DNA of 64,000 bases from Lama guanicoe. Lineage: Eukaryota. Position 1 is the stretch's first letter; each line of letters starts with the position of its first letter. The DNA lies in assembly GCA_013239625.1 (NCBI GenBank), contig MU054323.1, forward strand, positions 17,736,029-17,800,028, written 5' to 3'. The position numbers and the translations under genes are program-made. Shown here one piece after another: positions 50,840 to 63,304 of the stretch. Below the pieces are notes generated by a model that saw nothing but the letters and a program-made list of their open reading frames with translations, had not been told where the DNA came from and did no database searches.

Positions 50840-51075
50840 AATAGTAGCTCATATTTGTTGAGCAGAGACCAATTACTGTCTTGAGAACATAGGTATGGAT
50901 GAACTCATTGAATCCTTAGCAACCCTCTGGGTAAGTATAGTTACCGTCATGCATTTTTTGTAGCTGGAGAAATAGTGAAAAATAATACATCTATCTAAGT
51001 TGTATGAGTAATGAGTGGTGCATCAAGATTTGAACCCAGCTTGGCAGAGCCAGAGCTTTTAACCATTGTACTGTG
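50840..51075 (-). mobile_element. MIR SINE
   Basis: TAATAGTAGCTCATATTTGTTGAGC...GATTTGAACCCAG...AGAGCTTTTAACCATT. Confidence 0.7.
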
Positions 51076-51419
51076 CTGTGTGATTTCTGTAGTTAGCCAG
51101 TGTTTATGTGGACACCTCCAGGGACAGGAACTCGCTCCACCGTGAGCTGGAGACTAGGCATTTTTCCTAGTTTCAGCCTCTGAAACTACACAGAATAGCC
51201 TGCTCCAACTTCCTTAGACAGTCATTCAAATATTTTCAAATACTAAGAGTAGGGTATTTTTCTGTTCATAAAAATAACATGCTCACTGTAGAAGACTTGG
51301 CAAAGTTCAGAAGAGAATAAAGAAAATAAGAATCTTTGATAATCAAGGAGAAAATAAACATTAACTGCCAAGAATCCACTAGATTTTTGTTGTTTTTAAC
51401 ATCTATATTTCATTAAGGG

Positions 51420-51850
51420 CCATAGAAAACCTGTGGCTAGCCAAAACATCTAGTTCTCTGTCACATGACCTTCCATCAAGCCAGCTTTTTTCTTTATATA
51501 AAATCCTAAGTGTAAAATTTTATATGTATCCCTTATAAACTATATTTTGTTTGTTTTGTTTCTTCCTTCCATCCTACTGAAACTCTTTGAATCTAGATTC
51601 TGCTACCTAATATGTTAGCCTTCCAGCTTTGCATACTTAATGATCTTGATAACAAGGCTTTCCAAATGTTTATTCCAGACGTTGATAAAATGTTGAACAG
51701 GAAAGAGCCCTGTGATATACCATTAGGGCCCCCTCTCCAGGGTTCATGTGAGTCTTTTCATCAATCATTTAGTACAGCTGCTCAAGAAAATATAAACCAG
51801 TGATCATGTCTTAATTTCTAAGTGCTCACAAATCTCTATTTAAATACTCC
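51420..51850 (-). mobile_element. L3/CR1 LINE RT fragment
   Basis: TTGATAAAATGTTGAACAGG...AGAGCCCTGTG, the antisense of the CR1 RT GVPQGS..LFNIFI region. Confidence 0.55.
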
Positions 51851-52058
51851 ATTCTAGAAGTTTCCTGGAAATCCCTGCAAGCCAGTCTGTTACTTCACAC
51901 TTTTCACTGCAGTGGAGGTAGCTGTGTGTAGACAAATCTGGCCCTGACCAATATTTAATGGGGCTGAAGAAATGATCCCATGGGTTTACATTGTCTTATT
52001 CTTTCTACTTCAGGAGGTCAGCTTCCTGTCAACACACAGGAAACTGGAAAGCTGCAGT

Positions 52059-52257
52059 CTAATAATATAGCCACTGACAGGAAGATTGTTGTTTAGATTG
52101 CTCTTCCAGATCTCTCAATTGAATAATCTTGGTGAAGAATGACTGCCTCATATCTTTTTTATGACTTGGATCGACTACAGGTCTACCTGACTTTGTGTAG
52201 TAGATGTGCTGCTTCGACGTGGTGTGTAAATTCTTTCTCTGCAAGTCAAATTTGTAC
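52059..52257 (-). other. Candidate terminal coding exon, product unrecognised
   Basis: CATTTTAG|G then 65 open codons (YKFDLQRKNLHTTSKQHIYYTKSGRPVVDPSHKKDMRQSFFTKIIQLRDLEEQSKQQSSCQWLYY) and TAG; not repeat-like; downstream ATTAAA ~51954-51959; acceptor pyrimidine tract is weak. Confidence 0.25.
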
Positions 52258-53147
52258 CTAAAATGCTCTGCTGTGAGAATTTACTTTTTAAGGCCATCTT
52301 GTGGTAAGACATTTTAGAAAGTCAAAGATTCCTCAGTGATTTATAATCTGTTTGGATTTTAAACATCCGAGTTGTTTAAAGTGAAGCAAAATGATACTGT
52401 GTGTTTCTTTACTTTTAGAAAAGTCAAGTAACATTATTTTTTGTGACTGTCACTGCGCAAATAGGATTGGAAAGAGAAGATCTCAGGACTGCCAGGCAGC
52501 CAGCTAATGAGCAAAACTAACTGAAGTCACATTCTCACCTCACAACTCTCTCGTACACTCCCACGGATGGAAGATTGCTTCTTTGAATTCCCCTGATTGA
52601 TACTTTTCTTATTTTCCAACTGTCTCCGTCAATAACTGAAAGAGAATTCTATTGACTCATCTTCTCTAAGTCCTCCTGTCACTCAGCTGGCAGGGGGCAG
52701 GGCTAGTGGCCCTGGCACGGCTTCAGTCACATGTCTGTGTTTCTCACTCACTTGGATTAGAGCTGTGCGGAGGCCAGAACCTCAGCTTGTTCACCTCTGA
52801 GTCTCCACAGGACTAGCCAGAGCCTCTTGGGAAATGGTGTCACCATACATTCATTGACTCAATGATGACTCCTAAACTTGAACAGGAACCAACTGCAGGT
52901 GATACCATGGGGTCCACCCTCTTGGCGCCAAGGGAATCGTGATGTTTAGATTGCCTTCCTGCTTCCCGAGATTGCCCTCCCCTGAACTCCTGCAGTATTC
53001 TGTGACCCTGAGGCTCATTGGCTCTTAACCAAACTTTCTTCTTTTTTTTCTATTGTGTGTGTATGTGTGTGCGCATATGTGTATATTACTCCATGAATAG
53101 TCTGTCTAGGTTTCTGTGTATAATATGTTTCCAGGTCACGTACTGTG

Positions 53148-53221
53148 CCTTAACCCTAATCCTAACCCCTAACCCTAATCTCAACCCCTAACTTTAATCC
53201 TGACTTGGATCCTAACCCTAA
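53148..53221. repeat. Degenerate (CCCTAA)n telomere-like tract
   Basis: CCTTAACCCTAATCCTAACCCCTAACCCTAATCTCAACCCCTAA...TCCTAACCCTAA. Confidence 0.8.
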
Positions 53222-53725
53222 GTCTGAAATCCCAGAATCTAACAAGATCTTACTCATATTCAGTCTTTAATACATGTTTGCTTTTTATTATGAATATTAC
53301 TATGATCTTGACATAACTAAAATCACCAGAAACCAAAACAGCCATACATTTTTCTATGTTGTATTTCTTGTTCAATGAGAACACTGAACAATAGAGTTTA
53401 GAATGAGCATCTCCTGGTATTAAGAGAGTCAGAAGGTTAAAATACCTTCAGTGTGAATTTCTGTGTTTAGTACATAACTCAGCATCTTATTGCTATGACA
53501 GTTCACCCCCATGGAGGAGTTCAGCTAACCTTACCAGTTAGCTAGAGTAGCCTATTGATTCAAGACCACACCATTTGCCAAAGAAGCGTGTTTAAAGTGT
53601 GGTCTTATTCTGGTTTTCATCCTCTCATCACCCTGGTTTCATAGGATAATTCTATAGTTACCTTAAAACAAAATAAGTTAATTAATTAATTAAACCAGAA
53701 GTACTTCATATCCCATTTTTACTTT

Positions 53726-53866
53726 CAGGACCAGCTACATAATTTGTGGGGCCCAGCACGGGGTGAAAATTTGAGGTCTCTTGTTAATAAGAATTTTAGG
53801 TTAATAAGAATAAGGATGGTGACAGCAGATTGCTAAACCCAGTGTACACCCATGGAGCTCGCCCTG
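53726..53866 (-). mobile_element. MER45A-like hAT-Tip100 MITE
   Basis: CAGGACCAGCTACATAATTTGTGGGGCCCAG...GCCCTG; degenerate 8-bp TSD TTTACTTT/CATACTTT. Confidence 0.8.
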
Positions 53867-56800
53867 CATACTTTACAGATGTGGGAACCCAGGTCTGGAA
53901 AGGCCCACCAAGGTGCTGTCAGGGCCCAGTTGATGGATGCTGGAGACGTGATTAGAACCTGGTCACTGGACATTTGGTGACTGCTCCCACCACTTGGCTT
54001 CCCGTTCCTGGGCTTCTCCCACTCCCCATCGTCATCACAGTGAGGCAGTTGGGGTGCATTCCTGGTGCTGTCAACTAGCATCCTGCTCTTAGCACTTATT
54101 TTAGTTGTTCCAACTCTTAGCCTGATTGCTTTCCGAACTCCACACCTGAGCTGATTTACCTACAGCTTCCCCTCATCATCAGCATGACCTCTTCCACTAG
54201 TTTCCCTAAAAACTCCGAGGTTTGTGACGTGCTAGTGGAAGGAGACCCGTTGCAGATTGGATAGCTCTCCTTGGCTCTTAGGAGCAGAAGGGATGTATTT
54301 CTTCACACCAAGTTTCTCCTCCTGTCCCAAATCCCAACACACACTCATTCCTAAGTGCAAACCTAAATGTCTTGGCTAAAACAGCCTCAGGATAGGCTCC
54401 TGAATACTTTGGATACTAATAAAGAGAGGGTAAGAAATTCGGTTTTGAAAATTTTTCAAATAGAAAATATCTTATGTCAATCCCTGGGAAATCCATTCCC
54501 AGTCTCCTGCTCTGTCTTAATTCATCCCCATCTTGAATTAACCATGTCTGTTGTTTGCCAGATTTCCATGGACTTGAGAATGTGATAAAGCATTTCATTT
54601 CCTTCTTTCTCCCCAGAGGGACTGCACAGTCAGTGGCTGTAGGAATTCAGACCCCTTTATTGGGCTAGACTCCCCCAAGCTGCATTAACTTCGGAATGTG
54701 GCCAAGCCAGTCCCTTTGAGAAGGAAGCACTGCTATCCTGAGCTGGCATCTATGCTGACACAGCCTTGCATCTAGCCCACAAGCTGGGTTTTGAGTTTAT
54801 TAGTAAAATTCTACCAAGCCTGAAGGAACCTTAAATTCAATAAAAACAAGAATAGCCAGTTTAAAACAAAAATCATGGTAGGGATGAGGGATGGGAATTT
54901 CATGTTATCACTACATAACAAATAATGAGACAGGTTCAGAGAAGTTTTAAAAGAATCTAATTAAAATTATTTGCGTAATCTCATATTTTTTGTCCTCCAA
55001 ACTTTTGGGTGGGACTCCAAGCCCAAGCCAAAGCCATTGATTTGATTTTGGCTCTACACATTAGATAGGCAATGTTCCTGAGAGTCCTCTTTGCTGACGG
55101 TGAGCACTCTAGGGAAATATTGAGCAAGTGGAAGACACAGTGGGGTCCTTAAAGAACTTCTCTGTAAGGGGGTATATAAAGACACAGAGGCAGAGGGACA
55201 CTTTGATAATAATATAAAACAAGCTACTAAGGACAAAATGTAAAATACAGACATGCTTCTTGTGACACTGAGGAGCAAAATGAAGGGATCATGTCAATTA
55301 ACCAGGGAGGGCTTCCTGGAGGAGGCATCATTCAAAGCAAAGTTTCAGAGGTGGTCTAGGTGAAGAGAAGTGACAAGGGAAAAGGAGAGAGGGCAATCCC
55401 TCTGGGGACGGCGATGTTGCTTTGGATTATCTAGATGAAAATCTGCTTTTTCCCTTAATCGTTATATTTTATCCATCACATGGATTTTTGGTCTGGTCTA
55501 AATGATTCACACTGCTCTGTCTGCATAGACCTGATCTCCGAGGTATCCTTGATTGGTTTTGCAGATACTTGTAGTTACACAACGAAGTGCCACGTAGAGT
55601 GGGAATGTATAATGTGAAACCTTAATTCTGGATAAAAATGCCAAAATGTGAACTATGCTTCCTCCTTTTAGTAATTACTCATTGCTGACAAAAAAGTAGG
55701 AGGCATAATTCATCCTGAGGGCAATTTAAAACCGCTCTTGCCAGTTAATTTACTCCCAGCCCTGCTCCCCAAATAGTTTTTTTGCTTTCTCATTCGAGTC
55801 CTCTTTTTAAAAGTTGTATCTTTCTTTCTGATTCATGATTGTGTAAGCATTTAGTTAGTTAATCTAGATAAAATTAACACTTTCCCCTAAGGCAAACATA
55901 CTTTGTTCTTTCTGGGGATATCATACATAAAAAGAGCTATAGATTGCTTGTTATAAATGCCAGCAAATTATGTATGCATTTCGTGTATGTCTCGATCAGT
56001 GCCTTCCCCATAGGTGAGCAAAAGACTTTTCTGTATCAATTGACACAGGCATCAATTAAAGCAGGAATTTAGATCCTCATTCACAGGATTATACATCGTT
56101 AAACATCACAGATCTGATCGACAAAAGGGGCTGGAGGAGACCTCCTCTTGCTTCATGGAATCTGATTGCCCCTGCTTGGTATCATCTTTCTAAGAGGATT
56201 TAAAATTTGGTTTCAAACAGCTGTCAGAATGGTTCTCCCCTTTCTGAAGGCATTCATTAAAAAATAAAATCAGATATAATTAACAAACAAACAAACCTAT
56301 CTGCCTGCTGTTCTGACTTGTTATAATAAGTGTTATTTCTGCTTACAAGCCGTTTCCTGTCAGCATCCTGCTGTTTCTTTAATAAGACTTCTACATTGGG
56401 GGAGGAAGAAAAAGCTCGGCATTAAAACTAAGCCTTCACTTGTTGTCACTTCTCTTCCTGTTCATCTGCGTTCAGATCCAATTTGCTTCGAGGCTGAAAG
56501 GAACAAAAACGTCAAAACCATCGCTAAGAGAGAGAGGAGGGACCTTTCCGCTCCTGGAGTTGGCTGAGGAGATGGGGCTGCCTTTAGATTCATAATAAGC
56601 ACCCTCTTTACACTGCTGGGCTCGGGTGGCCCCTGTGGCTACCAGGGTCCTAGAATAACTCCACCTGGGGTTGGTTTCCCAGCTGGATGATGATGTCCTG
56701 GTCATCTCAGAGCCAGTTTCAGAGGCTCCTGTGAGTGGGTGGGCCGGAGAGAACTCTGATCCCAAAGCTGGCTTCTGGGTTTGGTGAGAATGGGAAGCTG

Positions 56801-56879
56801 CATCAGAATAACTGGAAGGTGGCAAATATAGCAGCAGAGATGATGCTATGTGATCAAAATTTGGGGAATTATGGTTTTT

Positions 56880-57800
56880 CTCCTTTGGATTTTTAAATTA
56901 ATTTTTTAAAAAGTTCTGGACAATTTCAAATATACTGAAGAAGGTAAAATAAAATAATTAACTCCCATATACCCACCACCCATTTTCAGTAATTATTTCC
57001 TGATGACTTTGACTCCCCCACCATTTTCCCCTTCCTGTATTATTTTTGAAGCAAATTCAAGATACTGTATCATTTCGTCTATAAATATTTTGGTTTGTGT
57101 CTCTAAAAAATAAGACTCCTTTTAAAAACTAAAGCTATAATATCATTAACACACCTAAGAGTAATTAGTAATTAATTCCTTCATATAATCAAATATCCAG
57201 TGTTTAAATTTCCAGTTGGCTTTTAGACGAAATTTTTTCAACGGTTTCTTTGATCAAGTTTCAAATCAAGTCCACAGTTTGGTTGATATGTTTATGAAGT
57301 CTTTCTTTCTCTCCTTTCAAAATAAACTGTTTACTTTGGAATAATTGTAGATTTACAGAGAAGTTGCCAACATAGTGTGGAGAGTTCCTGTGAACCCTTC
57401 ACCCAATTTCCCTGAATGTTAACATCTTTCATATCGATGGTATATTTGTCAAAACCAAGAGATTACCAGTGGGACATTATTATTAACTAACCTACAGGCC
57501 TTATTCCGATTTCGCCAGTTTTTCCCTTAACGCCCCTTTTCTGCTCCAGGATCCAATTCAGGGCACCACCATATACTCAGTCATTGCGATTCCTTAGACT
57601 CCTCTGACTTGTGAGAGTTGCTGTCTTGTTTGTCTTAATCCGATCGGGCATTTTGTAGGAAGTCCCTACAAGTTTGGATTTGTCTGATATTTTCTATGAT
57701 CAGACTGGGGTTATGGGTTTTGGGGAAGAATATCACAGAGGCTAAAGTGTCCTTCTCATGAGAATTGTATCAGGGGGTACCTATCACTATGACCTGAAGT
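56880..57800 (-). mobile_element. Nested L1MC/L1MB-type 3' UTR fragments
   Basis: TTTGAAGCAAATTCAAGA; TAGATTTACAGAGAAGTTGC...CCCTTCACCCAATTTCCC; GGGTTATGGGTTTTGGGGAAGAA. Confidence 0.75.
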
Positions 57801-58193
57801 TTCTTTTAAATCTCTTTAATCCACCTCTCCTTCTCTCTTTCCCTCTCTCTCTCTGCCATTGCAAATTACTTGTGGAAGAATCTCTAGACTTCGTTTGTTT
57901 CGTATTTTTAACATATAGAGGCCATGGCCATTTTTAGGCTGAGCAATGGAGGCCTCTGCTTCAAGCCCAGGCTGCTTTCCAAACAGTTGCCATGTCAACA
58001 CTTCCTGTTCATTTGTATCCCATAACATCACAAGACGGGGTTAAATAAGAGTCTAGGTTACACGGCAGGCTGCATGGCAGCCTTTGATTTTAAATAAATG
58101 CTGGAGATCTGAGAAAAAGACATCCTAAACAGGAAACACATTTAAAAATTCCTTAAAGGTTGGTTCCTGTGGCATTGAAATGTTTAGATAAGA

Positions 58194-58239
58194 ACACACA
58201 CACACACACACACACGCACGCACGCACGCACGCACACAC
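58194..58239. repeat. (CA)n(CGCA)n compound microsatellite
   Basis: ACACACAC...CACGCACGCACGCACGCACACAC. Confidence 0.95.
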
Positions 58240-61200
58240 CAGCAAAAGAGGTAACAATATATTATTGTTATTGAAAAGAGAAGAAATACACCAAGGCTTC
58301 AGAGAATCCTTATAAACGGACAGCTGCTGGGCTACACTGGTGATGATTAAAATCTTCTGGTTGCCATTGGCTCTGGCTGACTGAAGTCCTTCAGTTTTCA
58401 CAGGGCAGGAAGCTAGCACAAGTGAACAAAGAAATAACAACCATCTCCCTCTTGAACACAGTGCTTTACATTTTACCATGTGTCTGCTTGTGTTACTTAA
58501 TTTCATTGTTGAAATACTTAAAGGTAAAGTGTAAAGTATTACCTTTCCCCAGATACGGAAACTAAGAAGGCTGAGAGAGAGAGGGCCTGTGTCTTGCTCA
58601 GATGGCCAGGTATGGATGGAAATGAGATTAGAAAACAGGTGTTCTTCCTCTGCGTGCTGTTGTCAGACAGACTCAGGCAAATGTCATCCAGAATCAACCT
58701 TTGAGGAGTTTTTGCTTTGGTATGAAACTTCTCAGGATAAATGACTAAAGTTAGAATTTAAAGTTATAGGCCCAAGTTTCTCATGGTGAACAGTCCAAAT
58801 GTTGGTTTAGAGCACCAGACTTGTGCTCTAAATCCAGTTTAATGTTGCTGTATTGATAGGTTCAATAGGAAGCCTGGGTGGGCAGGGGCACACACCCCAT
58901 CCTGCTCTGACTAATGAAGTTCAGGCAGCAGCTCTGATTCTTTCAGTGCAAGGTCTTGATCAGGAAGACCAACAGCTGACTATGTTATTAGGGGGAGGCT
59001 GCTAGGTTTTGAACATCCTGAGGGCAGGGTCACCCTCAGAGTCCACATAGCTCGGCTTCATGGGAGCAAAATGATCCTTCTGAATATAGCCCTTGGTAGT
59101 TCCCACTGGGCCCCCATCCTAAATGTGAAAGGAGTCGTTGCAAAGCATAGAACGCAAGGGGATGGTGCGATAAAGGAGCGATTCACCAATGCCCTTCTGG
59201 GGGAAAGAAAAAGCCAGCACTTAGACATGTCATAACATCTCAGATATAATTTCCACCTCTGGTAAAGAGGATGCCGGTACCAGAGTACTATTGGAGTAGG
59301 GTCCCCTTGTTAACAGAGGAGTGCCGGTAAAGTGGGTGAAAAGCTCAGACTAGTGAAGGTGCCTTTGAATATCCCTTTAGTCTCACAAGTAGGATTCTGT
59401 TGCTCTACTGTCTTGCTTGGTCCATGGGCAGTGAGTGTAATGATGCTTCACCTTGGGTGTGCCTCAACAGCAGTGAGATATTTCAAGAAAGCACTAGTTG
59501 AGCTCCTGGGTTCTTGGACCATTAATATTTTTAATGGCGACAGTAAAAGCTGGAGGAAGCCAGTCTCAGCAAGGGTTTTTGAGAGGTGGTGTAATAATGA
59601 GGCCGGCAGAGCCCTGGGTGGTATAGGGCCTCCAGGCTGTTGCTCCACCCCTGGCTGTCTCTGTGTCCTTGCTCTTGCCACTTAACCTCACTTTCTAGGC
59701 TCCAGTGGAACATGCAGATAAAACTCTCCCTGACCTGCCTAATAGGTATGTTCAGCTATTTGGGAGTATGAAAGGTGGGGGAAGTTTGAAAGGAAGAGGA
59801 AAGGGGGAAAAATTACATTTTGGAAACAGACATTGCTTAATAACTAGCAGTGACAGAATGCCTGCACGTTGGAGTTTGGTAGTCAGAGTGAAGATTTATT
59901 GGCATTTTGGATTTGTTTTTTTTTCAGCAAGCAGAGGCTATTTGGGGGAGTTGAGAGAAAGGAGGAAAGGGAAAGACATTTAAGATGCCAAGAATAATCT
60001 ATGTATATAATCTATCAAAAAGTCTACTGATTTACCACTCTTTCTACTTAGATAAAAAAAAGATCTTTTGATTACGATTTTTCACACCACGTCTGCTTTC
60101 CACATTGTTTCATAGTTTGAGGTTCCTTGTTCCACTCCATGCCCCCAGCAATTGTCTAAAGCTCAAAAAAGCAAAAGCGTTTAGGATGTTGGTCCTCTGA
60201 GGCATTAGAACAATGGATGACCTAATTTTTTCCACAAGTCCTATTGCTAAGCTTGGGTGTCTCACCTTTTGAGCCTTCCAAATACTGGCTTATCTGGGGG
60301 ACCTTATGAAACACTGTGCCTAAGAATAACCTGGTGGTTTAGAAACAAATAGACTAAGCGTTGCGTGAGCCTCCCACCAAGCGCATTTCTAATTCCTTCT
60401 TAGAAGCCTGAGCTTGGATCTGAGTCGGTAGTGTTATCTGGGGGTCACCTGCTGGGTTTGGTGTCCCCTCCACCCTTTTGTCAAGATCTCGCTCCCTCTG
60501 ATCTTTCTTCCAGTTCCAGAGGACTCCTAGGTCATGGCAAAACGCAGACACTCCGGTCAGTCTGGCCAGAGGATGTGGCTCTCCCTTCAGATCCAGGCAC
60601 TGAAGGCTCCTGGCTGGATGGAGAGAATGATTAACCTCATGGCACCTGGCGGGGCCGATGTCGCTCCTGCCTCTCATGGACCCAACCCAGATCTTGCTGG
60701 GCTCAGGGGTCAATGCATCGGCAGTGTTTAACTACTGCCCCCTTTCAGTGTTCTTCATTCTGCTGCTCTCCAGGACGCTATCTCTGACTTGCGCTGGCTT
60801 GTCCCACTGTGGGGGACAATATGAGGACGAGAGAAACTTACCTGATTGTAATTCTGCACTAGATAAAGACCCGTGTCTGCTCCCATCCATATCCTTAGCA
60901 GATACCTTTGTTCCTATTTCTCAGCGGGGCTCACGCCCACTCATAGGGTACTTTCCACGGGAGGTTCAACTTTCTAGAAGACTCAGTGCTGATGCCTTTT
61001 CCCAACTTGAGCTGGTCTTAATGAGTTCCCTCCTGGTTATACACTTACTAAGGGAGTGGCATGGAGTGAGGAGAGAGCACTGGACTAAGGTTTAGGAGGT
61101 GGGGTTCTGGTCCCAGCTCTATCCCTGCTTCACGACCTAGGAAATGCCCTTTGAGCTCTGAGGATATTACTTTTCTTGCTTGTAAATTGAGGTAATCAGA

Positions 61201-62289
61201 CTAAGATCATCTCAAAAGGCCTATGCCATAATAAATATAAAATAGATTTGGTATAAAAGGTTAACAACTTGTAGCATTTTGCTTACATGCTGTATATTTA
61301 TGTGTATAAGTGCCAATAGATCAGAGAAAAAGAAGAAATTGATAAAAGAAACTTCTTACTTAACTAGTCTCACTTCTATTAGAGCATTGAAATCAATGAT
61401 TTTTAATGGAGTTTTGCCTAGTCAGTATAAGAAAGGAAAACTCTTCTCGTATTGGGTCTAGGTTTCTGAAGACCACCAGTGGCCATTTTATCACTTAAAA
61501 GTGGTATTAAGACTAAAGCTTGTGTGTTCTAACCAGATGATTTGTAAGCTATTGGCTGTTATTTGGCGGTTTACCAAAATCCTTTCTTCCTGAAAATTAG
61601 TTATGCAAAACTGTTAGTTATTTATGAGTTTAAGATTTAAAAAAAAAAGATGGAAATACTACCTTAAAGCAGACGGAGTGTGGACAGATGCTGGCCAAGA
61701 TTTCCCTCCATTCGTGGTCCCTTGCAGGCTAAGCGGCCAGCCTCAGGAGCAAAGGCAGGCAATTGTGTTAAATCATGCAAAACGGAATGGCAGTTTGGTG
61801 AGGCACGCAGTGTGTTGAGAGCAGAGAACTACTTATTTGTCAGTATTGATCCCAGACCTGGAGGCTGCAGAGATAAAGAATTAGGATTAACTCTTATAAT
61901 AGACTCTCCCCTTTAAAAAAGAAACCTTTTTGCAAAAATCCCAACACACACATTTTAGCTTTTTACAATTTCCCAATTAGTATTAACTTATTAATTAGTA
62001 CAGCATGAGTGAGTTTGGAATTTTCAGTCTAACAATCATGCAGTTGCATGAGGATCTTTGTAAAAGCCCTGTAACCTCACCAGAACGTCCCAGATTACCC
62101 TCTCCTTTGCTTTAATTAGAAAATGGGATTGCAAATCAGAACAGGGATGTAAAATTGACTTTGTCTCTCTTAGTAATTTTGTCACTGGAACAAGTCACTT
62201 AGTCTTTTTGGACCTCAGTTTCTGTAACACCACTGTTACAAATTTACATCTATAAAAATGTCTACACTATTATCAGTAGGTGAGAAAAG

Positions 62290-62730
62290 CAGACAATAAG
62301 TGATTTATTTATGCTTTGGTCAGCTTTACTACAGAAACCATGATCCCAAAATCTCAGTGGCTCATAATAGTAATTTATTCCTCTTTCATATTGTTAATGG
62401 CTATAGTCAGCTGCATATCAGCTTCTTGGGTCTTATTCTGGGACCCACGCTGAAGCAGCAGTCTCCTATGCACAGCACAGGGAAAGAGCAGGACAGCTCA
62501 CAGAAACATACAACTGCTCGAAAACTTCTGCTCAGTCACGAAGTGTATTACACGCACTCGCAGACCCCTGGCCAAGGCAAGCGACGTGTTGGGCATGAAC
62601 ATGGGGTGGGGATACATAATCTTCCCTCGGAAGGCACTGCGAGTCATTTAGCAACTGATTAATTTGCTACAGGAATTAATTCTCCTACAGGAAACGGGAG
62701 TAGCTGGGAACGATAATAGACCACGACATA
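62290..62730 (-). mobile_element. Old MaLR LTR (MLT1H/I/J-like)
   Basis: CCCAAAATCTCAGTGGCTCATAA...TCTGGGACCCACGCTGAAG...TGGCCAAGGCAAG. Confidence 0.6.
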
Positions 62731-62789
62731 TTTATCTGTAAACATAAATATGCAACAAAAAAGTCTGAAACATTATTCAGTAAAACAGT

Positions 62790-63304
62790 CCTAGACCAGA
62801 AGAATTGAAAACATATCTTGTACATGAATGTCCATAGCAGCATTGTTCATAATGGCCCCAAAGTGGAAAACAACCCAAATACTCACCAATGAATGATGAA
62901 TGGTTAAAGAAAATGTAGTCTATCCACACAATGGAATGTAGTGCAAGCATAAAATAGAATGAAGTACTGTTTCCTGCTGCAACATGGATGAACCTTGAAA
63001 ACAGTATGCTAAGTGAAAGAATCCAGTCACAAAAGATCACAGATTGTATGATCTCCTTTAAATGCAATGTCCAGATTAGGGAAATTCATAGAGATAAAGT
63101 AGGTTAGAGGTTGCAAGGGACTAGGGGACAGGGGTAGGAAGTAACTGCTAATAGGTACAGGGATTTCCTTGGCATGATAAAAATGTTCTGGAACTAGAAA
63201 ATGGTGATGACTGCTCAATCTTGTGACTATACTAAAAACCTCTTAATGAGTCACTTGTAAAGGATAAATTTTATGGTGTGTGAACTACATCTCAATTTTT
63301 AAAA
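62790..63304 (+). mobile_element. L1MB-type 3' end
   Basis: ATGTCCATAGCAGCATTGTTCATAAT...AACATGGATGAACCTTGAAAACA...TTTTATGGTGTGTGAACTACATCTCAAT. Confidence 0.85.

Noticed and set aside
60354..61095. Overlapping 119-145-aa ORFs
   Set aside because: Locally higher GC lengthens ORFs on both strands; no domain is recognised and this is not a CpG island.
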